A stretch of 64,000 nucleotides of DNA from the human T2T-CHM13v2.0 reference genome, Homo sapiens (GCF_009914755.1 NC_060932.1), one strand, 5' to 3'; counted from the stretch's first letter, positions 16,206 through 34,545 are shown. Notes: generated from the sequence alone by a model not told the origin. Program-made: numbers and translations.

Positions 16206-17306
16206 TATTGGGGGAACCCACCCCCAGTATTTCAACATAGGTTCTTTCTATTTTCCATAAGTGTCAGCTGGCTGAGAAACAAAGAGAAAGAGTACAAAGA
16301 GAGGAATTTTACAGCTGGGCTGTCGGGGGTGACATCACATATCGGTAGGACCGTGATGCCCACCTGAGCCTCAAACCAGCAAGTTTTTTATTAAGGGTTA
16401 ATAAATAAAATAAAAAAGGGGAGGGGATGTAAGAACAGGGAGTAGGTACAAAGATCACATGCTTCAAACTGCAAAAGGCGGAACTACTAATAAAGGTCTA
16501 ACAAAGATCACATGCTTCTGAGGGAACAAGACAAAGGGCAAAAGCAGAACTATTGATAAGGGTCCAACAAAGATCACAAGGCAAAGGGCAAAAGCAGAAC
16601 TACTGATAAACATCTAAGTTCAGCAGTGCATGTATTGTCTTGATAAACATCTTAAACAACAGAAAACAGGGTTTGAGAGCAGAGAACCGGTCTGACCACA
16701 AATTTACCAAGGCGGAGTTTTTCCCCACCCTAGTAAGCCTGGTACTGCAGGAGACCAGGGCGTATCTCAGTCCTTATCTCAACTACACAAGACAGTCATT
16801 CCCAGAACGGCCATTTATAGACCTCTCCCCAGGAATGCATTCCTTTCCCAGGGTGTTAATATTAATATTCCTTGCTAGGAAAAGAATTTAGTGATACCTT
16901 CTCTACTTGCACATCCTTTTATAGGCTGTCTGCAAGAAGAAAAATATGGCTCTTTTTGCCTGATCCCACAGGCAGTCAGACCTTATGGTTGCCTTCCCTT
17001 GTTCCCTAAAAATTGCTGTTATTCTGTTCTTTTTCAAGGTACACTGATTTCATATTGTTCAAACACACATGTTTTACAATCAATTTGTACAGTTAACACA
17101 ATTATCACAGTGGTCCTGAGGTGATGTACATCCTCAGCTTATGAAGATAACAGGATTAAGAGATTAAAGTAAGACAGGTATAAGAAATTATGAAATTATT
17201 TGGGAACTGATAAATGTCCATATTAAAATGAAATCCTCACAATTTATGTTCCTCTGCCATGGCTCCAGCTGGTCCCTCCATTTGGGGTCCCTGACTTCCC
17301 GCAACA
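16206..17306 (-). mobile_element. MER11 solo LTR (HERV-K/HML-8 family)
   Basis: Reverse complement starts TGTTGCGGGAAGTCAGGGACCCC (MER11 5' end). Length 1.1 kb. 6-bp TSD TCTAGT at 16200-16205 and 17307-17312. Confidence 0.92.
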
Positions 17307-19974
17307 TCTAGTAAGTGCACTTGTGATCTGAGCATTCTAAAGTCTTCAAACACAACCCCTTTGTTCACCAGTTCACTGTTTTGGTACATGGTGAGAGTGT
17401 GTGCATATTTTTAAGACTCTAAGTTTACTCCTTATAACTTACTTCTTTATTGAAAGCAAGATTTTTTGTACAAGAATCCTATGGCTACTTCTCCACATTT
17501 ATTTCAAGCATGTTATACTTCTGTTAAAATACTTTTTATTCTATTCATTATTTTCCTTAGCTTTTAGTCTAGGAACACAAAATCAGCTACCATTTTTTAA
17601 TTGGTTAAATACCTACATCCATAGTTCCATTTTGCCAAAGTAGATATACTCATTTATACAGTAGCTATATCTGTCTGTCTGCCTATCTCTATGTGTATCT
17701 ACTGAAATTAAAAACTGGTAAATCTATTAAGAGTAATAAGAAAATCTGTGCAGTGTCTCAGAAGATCAGTGAGTAAATAAACATTTGGGGTTTACAGATA
17801 ATCAAGAAGATAATGCTTATAAAATAAGTATTTCCTTATGCTTTCATGGTCTTGGATGCAGAGAATATTGATGGCTTTTAAAATGATTTTGGCCCTTTAT
17901 TTATCCAATGATATCTTCCTCAAACAAACTTTCTCTTCTATGCCCTTTTATTCTCATTTGTAATCTTTTATTACCCACTAATAAACAATTCACTAAGGTT
18001 TGAGTTCTCTTTTTAAAAAAAATCTTTTTATATCTCTTCTGCAATGAAACCTTATATCAACCCAAAGTAATATTTTTAGAGGAGAAAGGAAAAAAAGATA
18101 ATTCATGAATGATACCAGAAATATACTGTCATACCATTTGTAGGTATGTGTTACAAAGGATGAGGAAGAAAAGCAAAAATAAATATTATACTAGGATGCA
18201 AGATCAAGAGAGACTTGGAGTCCATTTTTAACTTTTTAAATAGTTTAGAGCAGGGATCTTTTCCTGAGGTCCAGGAATGACTTTGTGATGGGGAAGGAAG
18301 CAAAAGGCTGAGTTTCTAAACATTCTAAGACTCAGTGCAAAATTTTGGCTATATTTGATTATGTAACATTTTTGGTAAGGGAGAGAAGTTTCATAGCTTT
18401 AATCACATATTGGTAGGAATCTGCCACCACAGAACAGAGAAGGACCACGGATAGGGAGTTCCTAGAGTTATAGTAAATAGATATCTGCTCTTTTGAGTCA
18501 TGTAAGGAAATTAAATTTAATGAAGATATTTCTTTTTCTTTCTTTCCTTTGCCCTAATTCCTGTTATGATGAATTTAATGTATTTTGAGTCATTTTGCTA
18601 AACCTTACATAAATGAACAATATAGAAAATATTTTGGTCTACCTGGACTCACAGTTCAGCAGAAGGGTGCCATAGTGATAACGGTACAGCAGGGTATTTC
18701 TGAAGGGCAAGTGAAAAGGCAGAAAACAGCATGCAGTAAGAGCACTCTTTATCCTAGAGCCCACGCTGGGCCTCACCAGCTGGCTTATCATTCTAGATGC
18801 CAATAGATGTGGCATAAAGAAGGTCAGCTGCCAAACATCATGGAAAAGCCAGAGAATCCTTGCAGGATGTTTAAATTCTTTATGTAAGTTGACAAAGGAT
18901 GAGGACATACAAGAGGAGGGTGAGTCAGTGACACATATGAGTTACACTCTCAGATGATCCAATGCCTAGTTTACATACCTCCTCTCAACAGCTGTTTTTA
19001 TTGGCTACTTCAGAGAAATTCATAATGAATCTCATGAGTTCTGCCAAATATATGAAATTCTGGCAGAGGCAGTAAGGGGAAACATGCTACCCATTTGGCA
19101 TTTGCCTTAGGGATAATGTTTGATGGTCATCATGTATTTTTTTGTCACATCTTTGCCCTGTCCATAATAAGACTTACAGACTTATATCTAAATGCTGGAA
19201 TCCATTTTAACCTTCTTAAAAAATATATGGACCATCAGGTCAAGTGTTTTTCAGATCCTTCCTGTGAAACTTATTTCTAAATTGTTTAATTTCTTTTCAG
19301 AAAATGTTTTCAAATGAACATCTTTTGCAAATGTATTTCTCAACTTAAGCTCATATCCCTCTTTCTTTGGCTCCCACCTTTTGAGAGCCTTTGATAACTT
19401 TATAATTAAAATCCTATCAATACAACTCATGTGAAGTAATAGGATCCTAGGCCAGGTATAAGTGTTGCAGGCTTTCTCAATATTTGGCAAATATAGAGTA
19501 TCATACACAGTTGGATTCCTTTGCAAATAAAGTATTTTATATTTAGAGATTACACGTGGGGGCAGAGCTAATGTGTTACTTGACTCCATTATATTTGTAT
19601 TTATTTTTTCAATTAATAAATTATAAATTTCCCAACTTTGTGTAGAAAAACAAATTAATTTTGATTAAAAATAAAATAAAAACAAATTACATTTTAATAA
19701 AGAGGATTCACCTAAATTCTAGGCCCCAAGTCAAATATTTCAAAAGAAGTCTCTTAGTATGGTTTTTAGGTGTAAAACAAACACAGCCTTTGCAGAAAGG
19801 CTTATTAGAGCAGTGAAGAATCTGCTTAATGTTTTTTAAGTAATTTTACTAAAACTTACAGAAATGAACAATTGGGCTTGGTCTTTACTACTTCAAATGA
19901 GATAACTAAAGTAAATCACAAGATTAAACACTGGACACAGGATTTGTAGAATTCTGGATGTAGATATGGCTTCG

Positions 19975-20470
19975 GCAAAATAGGAGGAATAAGTTCTAGT
20001 GTTTTACAGCATAATAGGGTGACTATAATGAACAATAATTTATTGTATATTTTTAAATAGCTAGAGGAAAGGATTTTGAATATTCTCAGCACAAAAAAAT
20101 GATAAATGTTTAAGGTAATGGATATGCTAATTACCCTGATTTGATCATTACACATTGTATACATGAATCAAAATATCACACTGCTAGCCTGGGCAACATA
20201 GAGAGACCATGTCTGTACAAAAAAAAATTTAAAAATTAGGCTGGCATGGTGACAGGCATCTATAGTCCCAGTTACTCAAGAGGCTGAGGTGGGAGGATCC
20301 CTTGAGCCAAGGGGTTTGAGGCTGCAGTGAGCTATGATCACACCATCGCACTCCACCCTGACTGGCAGAGTGAGACCTTGTCTCAAAAAACAAACAAACA
20401 AACAGAAAACACCACACTATACTCCATAAACATGTACAATTATTGTGTGTCAATTAAAGATAAAAATAGC
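19975..20470 (+). mobile_element. L1MA-type 3' end interrupted by a truncated AluJ-like element (20185-20409)
   Basis: aataggaggaataagttctagtgtt..ggatatgctaattaccctgatttgatcattacacattg; resumes after the Alu at tactccataaacatgtacaattatt. Confidence 0.88.
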
Positions 20471-20979
20471 ATAAGGTGAAGCGCACATCTGACTAAAAGA
20501 TTGCATGATGTTTCTATATGATTCTAAGCAAGAATGACTTCTTTAGCATTTTTATAAACCATTCACTTGTGACTTTTCTTCCAATTTTAAAGTAAAGATT
20601 CTCCATGCAAACTAACTAGTTGTAATAATGGCAGAGAAGCATTGTCCTTGCTAACGTGGGGAGAAGAAGTGAAAGCAATATCCAGAAGCATCATCTTCCT
20701 ATATAAAAGATAATCATTTTGATCACAGACAACACAAATGGTAGCAATGTTGGGCCAGCATAACGATATTAAATCCAGTGGTCATCTCAGCTATATTTTT
20801 GTCTTCAGGAGTAAGCAAATGAATTTCCCAATATTTCATCTCCAGCTGCTCTTAGGTTGTTGTATTTGAAGCAAAATACTCTTGCAAGTAAAGTATTTAA
20901 GATTTTTGAATGTAAATGGAGTAGAAACTTAATGGTTTTAGAAACTGAATGCACAACAGAAAGAAAGAGATAAAATTAT

Positions 20980-20985
20980 TTTATT
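20980..20985 (-). terminator. CA1 distal polyadenylation signal AATAAA
   Basis: tttatt on the plus strand, followed in sense by a U/GU-rich tract (tctctttctttctgttgtgc). Confidence 0.75.
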
Positions 20986-21206
20986 GGTTCAAATAAACTG
21001 AAAAAAATAGACATACAAATCACTTAGTTGTAATTTTAAAGAATTCCTCAAACTAAACTTGAATTTAAGCATAAGCTTATGCTTACAGATTACTATTTGC
21101 TAGCTTACTAATTATTATTTGAATTAAGCAGTAAGAACTAAAATTTAAGTTTCTTAGTTTTACAGATTGATTTGAAGGCATGCTGTCTTGCTAATATTGA
21201 AATAAA

Positions 21207-21212
21207 TTTATT
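21207..21212 (-). terminator. CA1 proximal polyadenylation signal AATAAA
   Basis: tttatt on the plus strand about 80 nt after the stop codon; usage inferred. Confidence 0.6.
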
Positions 21213-21293
21213 TCTTAAAAATTATTATTTTACTGGATTATGTCAGAAGCAGGGCTGTGTTCTTGAGGAAGGACAAGTTTCTTCTCAGAATCA

Positions 21294-21410
<117 letters not shown>

Positions 21411-21699
21411 CTAGAAGGATAAAATATTTTAAAAATAAAAAGTTTTTAAAGTTACATAAAGCGTTTTATTTACAGGATTACTAACGCACTGATATTTAGA
21501 AAACTGAGTTAGAAATTGCAGTAATATCACTAATAGGAAGAGAGAAAGCCCCAAATCCTTTACATTCATTTCTTTGAACCAGGCATTTTGCTTTAATTAT
21601 TGATTTAATTATTTAATTAAATCAATTAAATAAAGCAAATTTAATTATTTGCTTTATTTTATTGATTTAATTATTGATGACTGGGTTAAAGTATCAACT

Positions 21700-21868
21700 T
21701 TTTAATTTCAGCTGGGGTACGTTGGGCGAGCGACTTATTAGCTTGGTACCTTAGTTTCCATAAGTACTTACTTCACTGTGTTGTTGTGAAGATTAAATGG
21801 GTTAATACATGCAAAGCCCTTAGAATGATACTTGACACATAGCATGTGCTCAATAAATGTCAGTTAGC
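21700..21868 (+). mobile_element. MIR fragment in CA1 intron
   Basis: ttgttgtgaagattaaatgggttaatacatgcaaagcccttagaa..ctcaataaatg. Confidence 0.7.
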
Positions 21869-22413
21869 AACAGGCTACAATGCTTGTCCTGTAGGTTTGT
21901 TATGAGAATTGGCTAATAAAACATATGTAAGGCACGTAATAAACATGGTAGAGCAATGAATGATACTTACTATAATCACCATTATTAACAACAGTTAATG
22001 AGATATTTTGTTGAATATTTAAAAGTTTAAGCTCCACAAAAGGAACAAAAATATTTTGCCAACTATCAAGGTATGCCAGCTGGGAGCCACAATTCCCCAA
22101 AGTCTTATTGAAATGTCCAGTCACAGTTTTTCCTTTATTTCTGAAATGCTTAAGAAGATATTTAACAAGGTTGGACTTTTCCTTATTAAGGAGGAAAGAG
22201 TGGCGGGAGTCATTTTTTTTCTGCGTAAAGGCAAAATAAAGTATTATAATGCATTTTTGGATAGTTTAATAAACCTATGTCCCCAAATTAATATTTTTAA
22301 GTTGGGAGGAAAAATGAACTTCTCACAAAGCTGACTGAAATAATAATCTCTCTCACTGATACTATCAATTAAAGTAATATTCCTGCTACGCATTCCCAGT
22401 TCCCATTCATTCA

Positions 22414-22596
<183 letters not shown>

Positions 22597-22899
22597 TCAT
22601 TACAGCATGATATAAAATACTTATATGAATATATGTGACATATATATGCTATATTATCTTGTTATACATTATTTAGAGATTTTAGCTAAGAGTCATTGAT
22701 TTTTCTACTATTTAGTATTTCATGACTGGCGTGTTTGTGGATATAAACAATAATATCAACAGAAGAAAAAAAGATGAAAAATGTGTTATATGTAAGTTTT
22801 TGACCAAGACGTCTTCCTTCTTCATTTGGTTGCAGATAAGCAAAGATTCAAAAATCTTTTTTACAATCTATATCTTTAAAACATATTTAATTTCTAGTA

Positions 22900-24636
<1,737 letters not shown>

Positions 24637-25223
24637 TAAGTTTAATCTTTTCTAGAATCAGCATAAATCAGATTTATTTTACACAAATATATGACAGTTC
24701 TCCATGCTGCAAAACATGACAAATCTCTGATTTATGGTTTAACTGCTTACCTTTAAAACAATAAAGCTAAGTTTGTATATATCAAAAAATCCATTTTTTT
24801 TGAGTTGACAAGAGTTATGGTTATCAAAGATTGTATATCAACCATATCTCAAAAGAATGCCCTTTACTTCTGAATTTTTCTACTGCTAAAAAACTAGAGA
24901 TATCTTTATTTATCAAATGGAAAATCACAATTTTGTTAGATATAGTTTTTCAAGCAAATTTAAATGGCTATGTAATCTGGTTTTCTACAGGCCATATTCT
25001 GCTGAAATAAATAAACCATAACTATGAAAAACAGAAAACCAAAACAATTCCCTGCATTAGAGACTTTCTCAGAGGTAGGCAGTATTGAAGTAGCACCTTG
25101 ATTTTCAGTTGGTAGCTTTTACTATGGCCTTCCTACTCCCCAGTTTTAATACTTCATTAAATGATTTCCATAGATCTGTAAATTCTTGTTCTCTGATTTA
25201 AACTACTTATTTAGTGTGTTTAC

Positions 25224-25286
25224 CTTGGTTTTAATTGCTTGGAGGGCATCAAGTACTTTCTGCAGCTTTGGGTTGGCCTCACCAAC
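25224..25286 (-). CDS. CA1: CA1 coding exon 5 (63 nt; VGEANPKLQKVLDALQAIKTK)
   Basis: Manual translation. Acceptor ctccag|GTTGGT, donor AAG|gtaaac. Confidence 0.98.
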
Positions 25287-26246
25287 CTGGAGATTTAAGA
25301 AAATAAAGTATGAGATAAAGATTATTATCAATCGAACACTGCTTAGCTAAATTTTGAATTTTTTTTCAATTAACAACTGACAAGAGGTAAGGTATTTTCT
25401 CTCTGCTTTAGAAGGGGAAATTTTTCAAGCTGTATGTCTTTGAGGGCCTTTGTACTCTATAAATTGTTTATAATATGTACCTACAGATAAAAGTAGCAAA
25501 CAAAAAGTTTGATTTAAACTTAATTATTGGCAATATGTTCAAAGTTATACAGGGCAAAATCTAGTAATTTATCAAAACTGACACAAAAACAAATCTCTTA
25601 TTTTGGTCTGTTATATTAGTTTTCATTACTACAGTATTTGGCATATTGTAAGTGCTCAGTAAAGGTTAAGTAGAAGTGCTATAATTTCAAGAGTTACTTG
25701 GTTACCCGGGCATACCCAATTTAATAATAACTTTTTCGTAGAACTTTTCAGGGATTCTTCTATAGAGGATTTGAGCAACATCTCCCATTTAAAAAATCAA
25801 TTGAATATTCTTTGTAAGAAAAAATTCTCTTACTATTTCTTTCCTAATGAGATATTAAATTGATAAATTTCTGAATCTATGATTTCAGGTTTCCTTATTA
25901 ATATTTAATAATATTTCTTTCCTGATGAGACATTAAATTAATAAATTTCAGAATCTATGATGTAGGAAATTTAGAGGAAAGGGAATTTGGAAGAGCTGGA
26001 AAATAGAAATTCCTTTTTCCCTGTGAACACATTTCTATCTCACCTCCACCTGAAACTCATTTCTCTCTTTAAGAGGGAAAAGCAGAGATAAAACCAAGCA
26101 ATAAAATACTAGGGAACTATTTGTTCACCTGTAGTCATCGGTTAAATGGAAACTTTAAAATAAGAAATTCTAAAATATATGTTGCCTTATTTCCTTCTAT
26201 TTTGAGGTCTAATTGGTAAGACAGTGGAAGCAGAGCTGTGTAATTA

Positions 26247-26354
<108 letters not shown>

Positions 26355-27295
26355 CTAAAAATGATACTATGGTTAATTAATTATTTATACCAGTGTGATG
26401 AAAAAAGATAAGTTATAAGTTAACTTGTTACCATATGATGATGTATCTTGGCTTAGATACATAAAACTTATGTGAACCTTTATCCAGTGGATTAGAAGAG
26501 TTACATTCTCACTCGTAGGAAGGGTTATCTGTGTGCCAGGTAGAGATTACAAAACCTGGAACCAGTAAGCAAAATGTCCTTTCCTACGATATTGTTATTT
26601 AATATTACTCCTTTAAATGTATCTCTCTTTGTTTTGAAAAGATCAGGAAATATGACTAACTAGTTTTTGGGAAAATAATTGAAGTAATTTTCTCTCACAT
26701 GAGGTACTTTATAGTAAATTTATGAGAAAGGGTTCCTGGAGTTCCTGGGAGTCTTGGCCAAGAACAGATTCTTTCAGGCACGTTCGTGCCCTTTCCAAAC
26801 ATCTCTCAAATAAATATCTCCAGCTTAACGTCTCTGCAAACTCTAGATTTGTACATCCAAGTATGTATATATGTATTCTTGATATATTCTTGATATCTCT
26901 ACATGGATGTCTAATAGATGTTTCAGACTTAATCTGGCCAAAATAGAACTCTAGATTTCCTTCTTGCCAAACCTGCTTAATTTTACCTTCTTAGGATAAG
27001 GTTTTTAAATGCTCAATCAATAAGTACAACAACTATCATTCATTTCTTGCTTTCCCCACCTATCAACATTCACATCTTACAGGTTATACTTCGTCACATG
27101 TTCACAACTTTGAGCCTTTGCATTAGCTTCTAATTTTCTCTGGAATTTCCTTCCCCATGATCTTCAAATGGCAGACTTTTGTCTTGAATTAGGGTTGAAC
27201 TCAAATGCCACTCCTTAAATAATTCTTTCCTGATCATCCAATATAAAGTAACCACCACAAATCAAAACAGTTCTATCCATATCACTTATTTAATC

Positions 27296-27397
27296 TCTCT
27301 TCTTCCTATTCTCCTCCCTCCCTTCCTCCCTCCCTCCCTTCCTTCCTCCCTCCCTTCCTTCCTCCCTCCCTCCCTTCTTTCCTGCCTTCCTTCCTCT
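27296..27397. repeat. (CCTT/CCCT)n polypyrimidine microsatellite
   Basis: About 100 bp nearly pure C/T on the plus strand. Confidence 0.9.
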
Positions 27398-27459
27398 GAA
27401 ATTTTTATTTTCCCTATCAAATGCAAGTTCTGATAGCAAGTACTTTTTAAAAACAGTAT

Positions 27460-27760
<301 letters not shown>

Positions 27761-29676
27761 AGACAGTATCTGGCATATTGTAGGTGTCCAGTGAATATTT
27801 GTTGAATGAAAAAAGAATGATTAAGACAGTATATTAAGAGGGATCACTTATTGCAATTTCCTCTGACCATGCCAGTGTAGATTCTGTCCCTACTTGTAAT
27901 TAATTATTCTTACATCTGTATTCCTATGCTTCTTTGTGAATAGTCATACTGCCATTTGCTACTATATTTATTTAATCACAATAATTTATGCCTATACTTC
28001 CCTGCTTGAAAAATGTTTGCTTGTGTCTCTACGGAAATGTTAAGTAACATTATTCAGCACATGCAACATGAAAGGTGCTGGTCTAAGTGTGCTCTGTATG
28101 GGTTAACTCTTTTCATGCTGTCAACAATTATTAAGATAGATACTAATGCTATATTATCTAGATTCTCTATATAGGAATACTGGAGCGTAGAGTGATTTGT
28201 TTGAATTTGTACAGCTAGTAAGTGGTCGAGCTTTGATTCAAACCCTGGCAGTCAGCTGGGTACTTGCATTCTTAAGCAACAGGCTGCATTGCCTCTCAAA
28301 CCTATTGTCTTATAGGTATCTCAAGAAGGTTTATTGAACTGAATTTAATCATATGCTAAACTTTGTGGCTAAGTGTCTCTCAATATCTAGCATGGATTAT
28401 ATTGATTTTTCTCAATTTAGATGAGAGAGTCACTAATTTAGTTTTCTTGGATACTACCAACTATCCTTCCAAAAAGATAATACTAATTTAGGCTCTTAGT
28501 CCATTTAATTTTAATCTACCTTCAATTTTATGGAGGGGAAAACCCAATTAACAGATTTCTGCAGCATTGAAAGGTGTTAGTCATGCTTTACAACACAAGG
28601 TAAAGCAAGTTTTATTTGTATACAATCTGCTGATGTTCTATCAGAATAGAAGATACATATACTTTGTAACGTAGCAGTCTGCCCTGGAAAAATCTATCGT
28701 ACATAATTACTTTCACTAGTGCACAAGATATATGTACAGATATATTCACTGAAGCATTTTTTAATAAAAGCAAAAGAAACCAATATAACAAAAATCATAT
28801 GTTGTGATTGTTCGTCAATAGAAGGCAGTTAAATAAATTCTGATGCATTCACCCAAATGAAATACTATGCCGACAGTAAAAAAGGTGGAATTCAATCTTC
28901 TGATTTTTAAAAATTGTCATGATAAGTGGGTAAATAGAAAAAAAGCAGGTTGCAAAATTATATATATTATAGAATTCATTTGATGAAAGTAAAATTAAAA
29001 AGTCAACCTGCATATATGGGTACACATGTATTATATAATTCATACACCTAAAATAAAGAGCAAAATTTCTCACATTTTAATCTCCCAGACCCTCTGCTGA
29101 GAGTTTGGTGTACATGTCTCCATTTTTCTTTGGATATACAGATAATAATGTCCTGAAATAAGTCACAAACTTCCATGTGAGAGCAGGTTAAGAGCCAGGG
29201 AAGGTTAGACCCTCATCTAGGTGTATGCTGTTCTGTGACCATTGCTGTGGTTAAATTCGAGCTCTTAGTAGAGTCTCATTGAATTGTCCTGGCTTGGCCA
29301 CAACGATACTGCTGGTGTATCCAAACTTGAACGTTTAAATAAAGAGGAAATGATGGTGTGTTCCATTTGGGGTTACAGCTTTAAAGGAGGAGCAGTGTCA
29401 TCCTTTGAAGCTAGCTTTGATATCAAGGTAACAGCTTTTGAGGCATTCTCAGGGAAAGGTGAATCTTGGGCTCAGGAGTTTAGCTGCCTCTTTCCACATG
29501 AAAATTTTCTCTCTCTTGCCAAACATTATGTGTCTGTGCTTGATTTTAATGGAAACTGGGAGTTCCTTACTGGAATACCCATTCCTTTGGAGTCATTATG
29601 ATGTTGTCTTAGAAAAGAAGGGAGAAGCTGCTTCTGGGAGTACTCTCAGGGTAATTATCTCTCACTTACTAAATTA

Positions 29677-29919
<243 letters not shown>

Positions 29920-30936
29920 CTAAACTTTCATCTTGTTTTCCCCCACATCCATGAGGATGACAGTCATATGTATGGTGCACCCCTGACTGTGGCATTGATG
30001 AGCTATTCCATGAATTATACACATTTCCCAGCCACACGAGCTACAATTTTACCTATTTCTAACTCCTAGAAAGCATATTGCAATGTGAGTGAATTATATC
30101 ATTACAGGGCTGTCCTTGAATCTCCTTTAATTTGCAAGTTTATTCCTTCATTCTTTCAACAAAGACAGTATGCATCAAAAATCTTTAGTAGTTTATTTTG
30201 AGTAATGAACCATTCATCACCTACTGTGTAACTGATGAAGACACAAAAGTATATCTTGACAGCTTTGTTGAGAATCCCTGGCCAGGGACCAAGAGAGAGT
30301 ACCAGTGGGGCAGTGGGGCACTTATAAAACTTTGTTTGGAGAGCCTATCCAATGATAATATTAGTTAAATGCATATAATACCAGACCTAATCTAATATTA
30401 ATAATGGACATAGTCCCAAGGTGCCTAAAATTTAGGCCTCAGAAACTCATAAACAAATTTAGCATTTTAAATCAGTAGAACTGTTTTATGGAATTGTCAT
30501 TTAATAAAATATTCAATAAACCTTCATGAAAAGCTAACTCTGTAGCAAAATTTGTTCTAGATTCTGGAGTATAAGGATAATTCAGTCACTGCTTTGTTTT
30601 TCTTTTCTACTGTGCTCATTCATACTCATCCCAATTAGAAAATATTTTTCTTTTTAGTTGTTATATTTGTAATGACTGGTTCACTAGACCTTTCTGGATA
30701 AATGCTGTTTATTCAGAGACAGTGAAGTGAGCATACAGATACTGGAATGACGAGAAGAGACGTGATGGTGACTTTGAGAAGCAAGACTGAAAATAGAGAG
30801 CTGGGAGTTCCAAAAATTGTCTTTACCACCTGGGCGTTTTCCAGAAGTCCAAGATGCCTCACTAGATTACAGCAATGCTGCACACAAGCACAAAAGACTT
30901 AGAATGGGTGTCATATTTCTCGAGCACTATTTTTTA

Positions 30937-31275
<339 letters not shown>

Positions 31276-31346
31276 TTAGGGTTTATTTCAGTGTATTAAA
31301 TGATATTCTCTTAAGATTAATAGAAATTCTGTGTTTGAAGATGTCC

Positions 31347-31744
<398 letters not shown>

Positions 31745-31843
31745 TAAAATAGTGTATTTGTCAATACTACTAATATAGATCTATACTCATAGTCTATAGA
31801 ATCAGACCATACATATTTTATTATTAGCAATAGATTTCTAATA

Positions 31844-34104
<2,261 letters not shown>

Positions 34105-34310
34105 TATATATATATATCAAACATATTTTGTAGTCAGCCATGCCCCAAAAGACAATGCTAAGAATACATGCAAAGATAGTATAATTATTTAAAGCAGACA
34201 GTTCAACAATTAACCTATAGCTGTACAATTATTTTAAATACTTAATATCTTTTCTGTTGGAAATGGGAACAAGTTATCATTTTGATCTATATAAACAGGA
34301 GAACTCTTAC

Positions 34311-34347
34311 CATTTTTGTCATCATATCCCCAGTCTGGACTTGCCAT
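34311..34347 (-). CDS. CA1: Carbonic anhydrase 1, coding exon 1 (MASPDWGYDDKN-G); exon extends to 34371 with 24 nt of 5'UTR
   Basis: Reverse complement reads ATG GCA AGT CCA GAC TGG GGA TAT GAT GAC AAA AAT G|gtaaga. Upstream acceptor tttgttttcag has AG at 34372-34373. Matches the CA1 N-terminus. Confidence 0.98.
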
Positions 34348-34448
34348 TATCTTCTACTGAGTTTTCTTTTTCTGAAAACAAAAATAATACCTGGAATAAC
34401 TAACTGCAACTGTGCATGCAGGAGATGCCTTAAATCCCTGCTTGGGCG

Positions 34449-34545
34449 TTTTTATAGAAACTTATTTGCTTTTAATAGGCCATTATTTCATCATCTCTGC
34501 TTATCAGGAAGTACACATATCTAAAAAAAAGGTGTTGTAAAAAAA
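34449..34545 (-). promoter_or_regulatory. CA1 proximal (colon-type) promoter: TATAAAAA at 34449-34456 and CDX-like TTTTACAA near 34535-34543
   Basis: TATA box about 100 nt upstream of the ATG. CA1 is known to have a proximal colon promoter bound by CDX2 and a distal erythroid promoter; the motif assignment is my inference. Confidence 0.7.

Noticed and set aside
16430-16620. Repeat-spacer pattern resembling a CRISPR array
   Set aside because: It is the internal tandem repeat of a MER11 LTR in a primate genome.
18653-18699. Translation KYPAVPLSLWHPSAEL resembling CA1 KYSAEL as a CA pseudo-exon
   Set aside because: The match is too short and the splice phase does not fit any CA exon boundary.
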